Assembly: GCA_019704295.1 (NCBI GenBank)
Contig: AP024596.1
Coordinates: 829,369 to 853,368, forward strand
Length of the DNA stretch: 24,000 nucleotides
Direction of reading: 5' to 3'
Origin: Sulfolobales archaeon HS-7
GTDB lineage: Archaea; Thermoproteota; Thermoprotei_A; Sulfolobales; Sulfolobaceae
The stretch's first letter is position 1. Each line of letters starts with the position of its first letter. The translations under genes were made by a program, and so were the position numbers. The notes beneath the pieces were generated by a model that was given only the letters and a program-made list of their open reading frames with translations, had not been told where the DNA came from and made no database searches. Positions 16,647 through 24,000 of this stretch are shown here, in pieces.

Positions 16647-17258
16647 ATGCTTTCAGAAAAAATAGCTATCTACATAGAAAAAATTACACCTAAACTAGAA
16701 GAAAGATTTGAAAATAGGGAAAAGGTACTACAGTTATCACGTGAAATTATACGTCTAAGTGGGGAAGCAATATCTTTTTCCCATAGAGGAAAGAGCGATT
16801 CTGCTGTAGAAAAGTTCCATCTTGCTATAGATAAGGTTAGACAGGTGAAGGATTTAATACATGAATATCCCGAACTTCTCACTGGTGATGCAGGTACTGC
16901 ATTCCAAGAGCTTACTGAAGCCTATATAGTTCTATCTTACCAGACAGATCGCTCTATCGAATTGCCGGAGGACATGAACATACCGATTATCTTTTACGTA
17001 TTAGGAGTTGCGGACGCCGTAGGAGAATTAAGGAGGATTTGTTTAGAACAACTAAGGAAAGGTAATTACACCTATGCTCAGGAGATGTATAAGGAAATGG
17101 AAAATTTATACGAGATCTTATGGCGGCTAGAGTATCCTAAGGCCATGGTTCCATCTCTTAGACAGAAAATAGACAATTTGAGGCGCATACTAGAGGAAAC
17201 CAGTCATGATCTTTTCTTGGCCTCAATAACGACATATTCTAAGCACACTGATAAGTAA
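16647..17258 (+). CDS. Translin-family protein
   Basis: All-helical 203 aa. YVLGVADAVGELRRICLEQLRKGNY matches the translin/TRAX G.aD..GEL.R motif. Confidence 0.72.
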   Translation: MLSEKIAIYIEKITPKLEERFENREKVLQLSREIIRLSGEAISFSHRGKSDSAVEKFHLAIDKVRQVKDLIHEYPELLTGDAGTAFQELTEAYIVLSYQTDRSIELPEDMNIPIIFYVLGVADAVGELRRICLEQLRKGNYTYAQEMYKEMENLYEILWRLEYPKAMVPSLRQKIDNLRRILEETSHDLFLASITTYSKHTDK

Positions 17259-17259
17259 G

Positions 17260-18195
17260 CTATGTAGAATATGTAGTTACTCCTTCGTTACTTATTTCAG
17301 AGTCTATTAATTTAGCTCCACTTATTTTAAGCAAGTTTTCGGCTATTTCCGATTTTAGGCAGACTACAGCTCCTCCACCGCCGCCTCCACTAATCTTACA
17401 CCCATCAATACTTAATTTCTTAGCCAGCCCTATTATATAGTCGACTCTTTCATCTGTTATACCAAGCGCATTAAGAAGTCCGTGGTTAATATACATAAGA
17501 CGGCCTATTTCTTCTTTTCTTCCCTCTACTAACGCAGTTTTTGCTTTATTTGTTATTGTTTCGATTAGACCAAAAATTCCATTAACTAATTCCGGATTGC
17601 TCTGCTTTGTGATAGATACGCGCTTAAGGATATCCCTTGTAGTTTCGCTTCTGATAATGTAGCCTACTGTAAATTTCAAATTCGTACTCAGCCTCTGTTC
17701 TTCGTTTTCGGTAAAGAAAATGATTCCTCCTAAAGCCTCTGTAAAAGTATCCATCCTACTTCCAATTTTTTGTACACTCTTCTCAATTTCAAATGATATT
17801 TTTGCTATTTCCTCTCTGCTTAACTTGTATCCTAGAAACGTAGAGTAGGCAGCAGTTGTTCCCACAACAACAGCAGCGCTGGTCCCGAGTCCCACTGAAG
17901 GTTCTACCTGAGTATCTATCTCAATTTCTACCGGTTTTTTTCCAAAATAGTCTATAACATGGATAATATAATTAAATAATTCTTTAGCTACAGGATTTAT
18001 TATTATAGAAGAATCAAGATCAATCGTAACTCCCTTAATTGTGAGGCTGGGAGAGGATACTATTATCCTGTTATTTCCTTGCTTAATCTTTACATAAAGA
18101 TATTCATTTATTGTAGCTGCAATTGCCGGCTTGTTATAGACAATTGCATGTTCACCAAAGAGTGTAACCTTAAGAGGAACTTTTGCTATAATCAT
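17260..18195 (-). CDS. mvk: Mevalonate kinase (GHMP kinase)
   Basis: PLKVTLFGEHAIVYNKPAIAATI, GHMP motif VGLGTSAAVVVGTTAAY, and C-terminal KISGGGGGGAVVCL. A TATA-like CTTTATAAAAA (minus strand, about 18209-18219) lies about 20 nt upstream of the ATG. Confidence 0.9.
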   Translation of the reverse strand: MIIAKVPLKVTLFGEHAIVYNKPAIAATINEYLYVKIKQGNNRIIVSSPSLTIKGVTIDLDSSIIINPVAKELFNYIIHVIDYFGKKPVEIEIDTQVEPSVGLGTSAAVVVGTTAAYSTFLGYKLSREEIAKISFEIEKSVQKIGSRMDTFTEALGGIIFFTENEEQRLSTNLKFTVGYIIRSETTRDILKRVSITKQSNPELVNGIFGLIETITNKAKTALVEGRKEEIGRLMYINHGLLNALGITDERVDYIIGLAKKLSIDGCKISGGGGGGAVVCLKSEIAENLLKISGAKLIDSEISNEGVTTYST

Positions 18196-18532
18196 ATTTT
18201 CTTAACACTTTTTATAAAGTGAAAAGAGTATCGGGGTACAACACAAACCTATAATACTTCCCTGAGTTCTCGGAATTTTAGAGTAGTAAGTAAAAAGCAA
18301 TTTAAGGTTTTCAATTCAGATAAGGTTATTCTAATAACCGTTAGTGCTAATTACGTGAAGTTCTGAAAAGTGCTAAACCTAGCTACTAATTAGAGAGCCC
18401 TTAGGTAGTTAAGTTTGTAGTAACCTGAATTACATTTATGAATATAAGTAACTACTATACGTAAATCATAAGACTCAGGTTTTGATATTGTAGTGAGAAA
18501 AACTACTTATACGTTATTCTCAAAGTAGTCTA

Positions 18533-19183
18533 CTACTCCTGATTAAGCAATCTATTCGCTTCTTCTATCGTAAGAGTTTTTTGACTGTTATTTTTCCTAA
18601 ATTTTAAAGTAATAGTGTTATTTAATTTATCTCGTTCACTTATAATTCCTATTATTGGAATTAAACTATTAGCAACTTTTCTTAACTTTTTTGAAAACTT
18701 CTCATTACTGCTGTCAACCCTAATTCTCCCCCTTAACTTCTTTGATATCTCTACAGCATCTTTCTTTAATTCAGGAGAAGTAGGAATTATAATTAGCTGA
18801 ATTGGGGCAAGCCATATAGGTAGGACAGGCGTTGGTTGGGATAGAACCTCATCGAGTATTAGGCAAAGATTACTCTCTATATCTATATTTATTTTTCTTA
18901 CTATAGAAAATAACTTTATGGATAAATCTTCAATTAGATAAAGAAACGAAACATCAATTGAAACTATGTAATTTGTGAAAACCATAGGACAGGTAGTCTG
19001 CGTTTTATAAACTTCCGTCTGATAGTATTGGGAGCACGTTAAACTTTCAGGAGGAAGTTTTTGTAATATATGTTTCTTTAAAGTCTCAATCATAAAGCGT
19101 ATATCGTCGGTAGAAAATTCTTCGAAAACACTACATTTTTCTTTCAGCCTAACACATTCTACTTCTATTCGATGTGAAGACAT
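18533..19183 (-). CDS. Truncated ThrRS-like paralogue: degenerate end of a class II catalytic core plus an intact anticodon-binding domain; possibly a pseudogene
   Basis: LPIWLAPIQLIIIPTSPELKKDAVEISKKLRGRIRVDSSNEKFSKKLRKVANSLIPIIGIISERDKLNNTITLKF matches the ThrRS junction and HGTP_anticodon pattern (fP.WLAP.Qv.iip...). The motif-3-equivalent region reads VRKINIDIESNL instead of HRA..GS.ERF. An in-frame stop lies just upstream of the ORF. Confidence 0.6.
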   Translation of the reverse strand: MSSHRIEVECVRLKEKCSVFEEFSTDDIRFMIETLKKHILQKLPPESLTCSQYYQTEVYKTQTTCPMVFTNYIVSIDVSFLYLIEDLSIKLFSIVRKINIDIESNLCLILDEVLSQPTPVLPIWLAPIQLIIIPTSPELKKDAVEISKKLRGRIRVDSSNEKFSKKLRKVANSLIPIIGIISERDKLNNTITLKFRKNNSQKTLTIEEANRLLNQE

Positions 19184-19989
19184 ATGTATGTACAACCTCG
19201 TATGAACTAAGAATAATAATGGCTAGGTGTTATAGTAAGAAGCAGGTACGTGTGTAAGGATTTTTTATATATTAACGCATCTCTATTCATATTGGTTTGA
19301 ATATTCCTGATGTTTTCATTATATGAAGTGATTATGGCTACTTTTCTATAACTCGACAAAATATCGTTTTTACCTACAGTCGTCATTTAGGAATTTCTTA
19401 CGAGGTCCTTTTAAACTTTTACTCTAAGATGATGTTTTGAAGGTTAGCAATTTTTATCACCACCCAGAAAGTGGATGAAGATCTTAATTGTAAACTATTA
19501 TCTAAGTTTAAAGTAAGGTATACTATGTTTAACGAAATAATTTCAATATATCTAAAAAGAATCAAACTAGAGAACGCCTTTGAATACATGGTCTAAAAAT
19601 TAACTTATAATCAGATTTTCCAGCGTATATCACTTTTCATACGACCCTCTGTTCATCATCCATCTTATATGTCTAATATCTCCTTAGCCTACAAACTTAA
19701 AACTATCTCGCTTACTACACTTTTAGAGTTCGACTTTTATCGCAACTACCAGTCACTTTTCGTGATTATTAGTTACTTAACCACATCACTCTTTTTACCT
19801 TCCAGTCCCTAAGGTAGCGAGACTACCTCCCAGCCATGAGACGTAACAGTGTCTTACGCATAATAAATGTTATTTACTTTATTAACTTAATTTTTAGGAA
19901 AAAATAAGTATCACGAACATAACTCGAAGAATAATACTTAAGGGGAATTATGTGTGGATCGTACTATGATCACGATAACTAAGCCTACG

Positions 19990-20760
19990 TAATGACCCAT
20001 GAGGCGCTACATGCTTCGCCTCTAACACGACTATAGGAACATGAGTCTCCAACGGTACCTAGATCAACGTTATGTTCCTTGACGTTCTTGCTCTTGGCAA
20101 ACTTGCACCTCTTAAGACTAAACCATTGTAGAGACTGTTATTCTCATCCCTAGTGTAGCATGTTTTCCCGTGGAAACGTTGAGACACACATCTAGAGGCT
20201 TGTACCTGATCTCAGGGAAATTGATCCAAGAAGGAAACCTCATGAGGTACTTGCGTCTCTCCATGAGAGGAGAAGGGATCAACTCTTCTCCCATTTCCCG
20301 CGAAATTACGCCCTTAGGGGAGGTAGCTGGGGCAAGAAGTAGGGAAAACGCTGTTCTGAGGGAGGTGCTTCGCTTAGATCTCCTCAAGATCCTCATGGTT
20401 TGCAAGGTTAAGATAGTTCTAGCCAACGTTTCCGACTTTAAATCTCCCATCTGTAACGTGATCACGCTCGTGGACAGGGGGTTTGCGGAGAGAGGCAAGG
20501 TGATCAGAGTCAAGAGGGGCTTGGGAGTACTGGGAGGAGGTGCTCTCCAAAGCTTTCCTCATAACATGAGAGCCCACTAGAGGAGCATGAGGGGATTGAA
20601 CGCCTTTGCCAACCTCCTGGGCCTAGCTTACAATATTTGGCGGTTTAGGCCCATTAGTAAACCTTAAAATCTCCACTTAAAATCCCACTAGAGAAGCTCG
20701 TTTCCAACCTTGATTCTCGAAAGTTTCTAGATTAGTTGCGAGTAGTCTTGATAAACTGAC
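19990..20760 (+). mobile_element. Remnant of a second, different IS element (GC-richer block, internally deleted)
   Basis: GC content rises sharply relative to the flanks. The block contains a transposase-like frame (next feature). No convincing terminal repeats were found, so the boundaries are approximate. Confidence 0.45.
20170..20667 (+). pseudogene. Transposase fragment with an in-frame TAG
   Basis: A single frame reads ...ICNVITLVDRGFAERGKV (DDE second-Asp-like), then ...HNMRAH-stop(20578-20580)-RSMRGLNAFANLLGLAYNIWRFRPISKP-stop. It is too short between the D-like motif and the C-terminus for an intact DDE domain. Confidence 0.5.
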
Positions 20761-21101
20761 CTTTATTATTCGCTTTAATAATTAAGCGAATTAAATTCTA
20801 GACTTACGCGTTTCATAACTTTTTACTTTATTTAGTTATTCACTTTGGTTACACATTGGACATAGTAGCATGTAAGTAATAGTATAGAGAAAACCTAGCA
20901 GTTTACTCTATATAATAATAAACCCCTTTTACCGGAAAAATAAACGTCTTGTTTGATACGAAACACAACGTTTTCCCCAATTTTTAAATGAAGTCATTTT
21001 ACTTCAATTCTTTTTCATAATCGACTCTATAGTCCTATTGAAAAACTTAGAAGAGAGGCGTTAATGAGAAAAAATAAAATCCTCATATAGAATTTAATAA
21101 T

Positions 21102-21201
21102 GCGGAGGTGCCCGAGCCTGGTCAAAGGGGGCGGACTTAAGACCTCTAAGTAAGAGATCCGCTGGCGTAGGCCTGCATGGGTTCAAATCCCACCCTCCGC
21201 A
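21102..21201 (+). tRNA. tRNA-Leu (anticodon UAA) with a 15-nt intron at the canonical 37/38 position
   Basis: Acceptor stem GCGGAGG/CCTCCGC plus discriminator A. Anticodon stem GCGGA/TCCGC with loop CT-TAA-G[intron 21142-21156 ACCTCTAAGTAAGAG]A. A long variable arm is present, and the T arm is GGG-TTCAAAT-CCC. About 60% GC against an AT-rich background. An A/T-rich promoter-like stretch lies about 25 nt upstream. Confidence 0.92.
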
Positions 21202-21600
21202 CTCTAAAAGCAGCAATATTCTGTTACACGGCGGTTTAAATAGGGCCTTTCTAGAATATATTTAAATATCTATCAAAAAGTTGCATCTGGGTTAGTAAGT
21301 TCAGAGGACAAAAGTTAATTATTAAATTTTTGTTAGGGTAGTAAAAGACACCTCCTTTTAGCCACAGGTAACAGGATTTATATGCATTAAAATTAGTTAT
21401 GCAATCATGCGGAAATGCGTGACATGACCGACTTAACAAGAAGCAGAAGATAGCAATTTACGCGGTAAGTGACATAACGGAAGAGGTAAAAAAATTGCTA
21501 GAGAAGGAAAAAAGGCCACTCATGAATCTTATATAGGTTTATTAGTTGAGGAGAGTAATACTCCTCAGCTAGGGAAACATGGTCGCTCACATATCAGTGT

Positions 21601-22010
21601 CTAATGCGTAATTAATGCGATCAACTAGATAAACTAAAAAGTTATAAAATACGTCAGTGTAGAATTCAATTTATTCAACTATAAGAGTAAAGATAATATA
21701 AAATCACTTTATTAGGTATAATCAAAAGTAACAACATATTTTTCGCAATAAAGGATAGGAACAAGGTTTTCAGCGTCATTAATTGAACGTTTAATGAGGA
21801 TACCGCCAGACTTTGTGAGCTTAGGAAGTTAACAAAGGAGTTTTATCTCCTGAAATCCTCATATTGTCCTAATTGAGCATTGTGAGGTGTATTATTGTAT
21901 ATATTAAAATTTTTAAAGTAAACAGCATTTATTGCGCATTGGACACTGTCACGTGACAAATTAGTAAGTAATATAGAAATCCGGATTAGAATATCGATAT
22001 ATAGTTGATT
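21601..22010. repeat. Copy B of the diverged paralogous non-coding element of about 0.43 kb (partner at 740-1196)
   Basis: See copy A. The blocks are collinear, in the same orientation, and no ORF is present. Confidence 0.65.
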
Positions 22011-22136
22011 ACCTATAAGCATATGGCTTCATGGGATTTTGGATCTAGCAAGGGGGAAAGAGTTCACATTTTATTAGTATACTTAGCGAAAACTCTATTT
22101 TCGACATTGCTAGACTATTTCCCTAAAACATGTTAT

Positions 22137-23339
22137 TTATTTCGATGCCTTCGTTGAAACAATTTTAATTATCGAACCGTCATTAACCTCATAGTCAGCA
22201 CCGATTTTAATTTTTCTCTTTACATCTATAGCATAAAGGAAACCTTCACCAAGATCTGTGTGAATTGCATAAGCGACATCTATAGCTTTACTTCCACGCG
22301 GCATAATTAGTGCGTCAGGTAACACATTACCGTTTCTATCCGTATATTTTTTTTCATCTTCTACAGGATATACTACAATATTATTTCCGGCATTAAAGGT
22401 GGCTATATTTAACGCCTCTTGCACACCTGTCGAACCGTATACATCGAGAACGCTTTGCTTTATGTAATTTAATGCATTAAGTTGTTGTTCGCTTAGTTGT
22501 CCATTTATATCAAATGACGACTCTCCAGGAATGTATCGTATCAGTCCTGCCTTATCTGCTTTCCTTAAGGCTAACTCTGCCTGAGCGCTCGCCGGGATGA
22601 CGTATTGGTATTTAGTTTTAAGCCTTTCTATTATTTTTTTAGCCTCTTCCTTATCCGCCTTATTAGCCACAATAACTATAGGTTTAGAGACATTCCTTAA
22701 TGTTAATGCAAATCTTTGAATTTTATCGTTGCTCCACGAAGTTAATTTCTCATTCATTAAGTCAGCCTTTCTAAGGGCTTCGATAATATTTTTTCTATTT
22801 ATTGAAAGACCGGATAATTTAGACAATAAAGAATCTACTACATCTTTTCCCGTTAAGTCTACGGTTTTGGCGAATTTATCCCAATCTTTTTTCACAATAT
22901 CTGTAAACCAAGTATCGAACTCTCCTTGAATTGATACTATCTCAACTTCTGGGTCATAACTACCTGCTGGAACTGGTTTTCCCTCTTCATCAGTAGAACC
23001 GCTTGCGTCGATTACATGTAATAAGACATCAGCTCTCCTAAGTTCATCGAGAAATCTATTTCCTAGACCTTTACCCTCATGTGCTCCTGGAATAAGCCCA
23101 GCCACATCAACCAGGGTTACGGGGATGAATCTGTACTTATCTATACAAATTGAATTCCTTGGTCTGCATTTAACCCCGAGCTCGTTATGTGCACATAATA
23201 CCTTTACGTAACCTACCCCCTTGTTCGGTTCTATTGTGACGAAAGGTCTATTGGCAATGGGAACATCTATTAGTGTCGCTGCAGAAAAAAACGTGCTTTT
23301 ACCAACATTTGTCTTCCCTATAAGTCCTATGGTGATCAT
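22137..23339 (-). CDS. OBG/YchF-related P-loop GTPase with a C-terminal TGS-like domain
   Basis: G1 GLIGKTNVGKSTFF, G3 DVAGLIPGAHEGKGLGN, G4 IVANKADK. The C-terminus ends in DGSIIKIVS (beta-grasp/TGS-like). Confidence 0.8.
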   Translation of the reverse strand: MITIGLIGKTNVGKSTFFSAATLIDVPIANRPFVTIEPNKGVGYVKVLCAHNELGVKCRPRNSICIDKYRFIPVTLVDVAGLIPGAHEGKGLGNRFLDELRRADVLLHVIDASGSTDEEGKPVPAGSYDPEVEIVSIQGEFDTWFTDIVKKDWDKFAKTVDLTGKDVVDSLLSKLSGLSINRKNIIEALRKADLMNEKLTSWSNDKIQRFALTLRNVSKPIVIVANKADKEEAKKIIERLKTKYQYVIPASAQAELALRKADKAGLIRYIPGESSFDINGQLSEQQLNALNYIKQSVLDVYGSTGVQEALNIATFNAGNNIVVYPVEDEKKYTDRNGNVLPDALIMPRGSKAIDVAYAIHTDLGEGFLYAIDVKRKIKIGADYEVNDGSIIKIVSTKASK

Positions 23340-23408
23340 TTGACGTTCACGTATGGAATATGCTTACACTTATTAATTAGATTAAAGAAACATGTTTGAG
23401 GACATTAA

Positions 23409-24000
23409 ATGGTTGCATCAGCCTATGCTATGATATCTGGCCTCTATAAAAATAAAGGGTTCGTGGAAACTATAAAGAGAAGACTTCAAGAGTATAGGAG
23501 TACAGCTTCCATAATTAGGGTTGAAAGACCGACTCGTTTGGATAGAGCAAGAGCCTTAGGTTATAAAGCGAAACAAGGAATAATAGTGGTAAGGGTGCGT
23601 GTAAGGAAAGGCGGACTTAACAAAATCAGGCCTATTTCGGGAAGGAGACCGAAGAGAATGGGTGTGCAGGGTTATTCGCCCGCTAAAAGTAAGAGACTCA
23701 TTGCCGAGGAAAGAGCGGCCAGAAAGTATCCAAATATGGAAGTTATAGGAAGCTACTACATTGCTGAAGATGGACTATATAAGTATTATGAGGTAATATT
23801 GGCAGATCCTAACCATCCAAGTGTAAAAAATAGCAAGGAATTTAAATGGTTACAATATCCTGCTAATAGAAGAAGGGTATTCAGAGGAATTACATCACCT
23901 GGTAAGAAAATGAGGGGCTTATACAAGTCAAGGGGACTAAAAGGCACCTTAAAACATAAGAACAAACGCAAAATAAGGGAGAGAGAGGAAAAGAAAAGGC
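23409..24000 (+). CDS. rpl15e: 50S ribosomal protein L15e, partial; runs off the window end
   Basis: My own translation from the ATG at 23409 gives [86 protein letters not shown]...[16 protein letters not shown]...[17 protein letters not shown]. No stop occurs before 24000, so it is absent from the ORF track. Confidence 0.9.
   Translation, partial: MVASAYAMISGLYKNKGFVETIKRRLQEYRSTASIIRVERPTRLDRARALGYKAKQGIIVVRVRVRKGGLNKIRPISGRRPKRMGVQGYSPAKSKRLIAEERAARKYPNMEVIGSYYIAEDGLYKYYEVILADPNHPSVKNSKEFKWLQYPANRRRVFRGITSPGKKMRGLYKSRGLKGTLKHKNKRKIREREEKKR

Noticed and set aside
19400-19640. A possible third partial copy of the 0.43-kb element (GTTTAAAGTAAG at about 19506, AGATTTTCCAGCGT at about 19611). 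There is also AGTAGTAAGTAAAAAGCAATTTAAGGTTTTCA at about 18280-18320.
   Set aside because: The short matches are not collinear with copies A and B; their order is reversed. They lie in low-complexity AT-rich DNA, so I cannot distinguish them from chance by eye.
20118-20513. A 131-aa minus-strand ORF overlapping the IS remnant.
   Set aside because: The plus strand carries the transposase-like motifs (LVDRGF and a C-terminal NAFANLLGLAYNIWR). The minus-strand frame has no recognisable features.
21251-21439. A 62-aa minus-strand ORF downstream of the tRNA, and a 61-aa ORF at 23786-23971.
   Set aside because: The first has no motifs and an odd Cys/Phe/Asn-rich composition. The second is antisense to L15e.
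21423-21536. A 37-codon frame, HDRLNKKQKIAIYAVSDITEEVKKLLEKEKRPLMNLI, resembling the strand and helix 1 of a ribbon-helix-helix (CopG/antitoxin) protein.
   Set aside because: It has no start codon, it is truncated before helix 2, it has no partner toxin gene, and it is too short for a confident call from pattern alone. It is mentioned only as possible debris.
740-22010. The two 0.43-kb direct repeats as att sites or borders of an integrated element.
   Set aside because: The interval contains core essential genes (PAN, RNAP subunit, thermosome, TFE). The repeats are only about 70% identical, and no integrase is present.
1-24000. CRISPR arrays, cas genes, restriction-modification pairs, toxin-antitoxin pairs or other defence islands.
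   Set aside because: No regularly spaced direct repeats occur anywhere. No nuclease, helicase or toxin-like ORFs sit next to the methyltransferase or in the accessory patches.

Overview
This window reads as a chromosomal segment from an AT-rich crenarchaeon of the Sulfolobales type. GC is about one third by eye. Supporting gene content includes thermosome beta, Rpo8, aMBF1, SmAP3-like Lsm, a split arcTGT and an intron-containing tRNA.

Most of the window is tightly packed housekeeping genes:
- aIF5B (partial)
- a six-gene minus-strand cluster with overlapping stops and starts: MBF1, HflX, aTrm56, TFE, a C5 methyltransferase and a SPOUT-like protein
- PAN, a PUA protein, a PAC2 chaperone and arcTGT
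- SmAP3-like, Rpo8, an MtnA-like isomerase and thermosome beta
- a VIT-family transporter, translin-like, mevalonate kinase, a YchF-like GTPase and L15e (partial)

Two patches are not ordinary:
- 14.05-16.03 kb holds a GC-enriched non-coding island next to a roughly 1.41 kb IS4-family element. Its transposase is inactivated twice.
- 18.2-22.1 kb is a gene-poor, decayed zone. It holds a truncated ThrRS-like ORF, a second IS remnant, tRNA-Leu(UAA) with a 15-nt intron, and hairpins.

The most unusual signal I can support is a pair of diverged, collinear, ORF-free repeats of about 0.43 kb (740-1196 and 21601-22010). Their best-conserved block looks like an archaeal TATA promoter. They may be an unannotated ncRNA or non-autonomous element family.

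I see no CRISPR array, no cas genes and no recognisable defence or toxin system. None of the novelty claims can be settled without database searches and transcript data.
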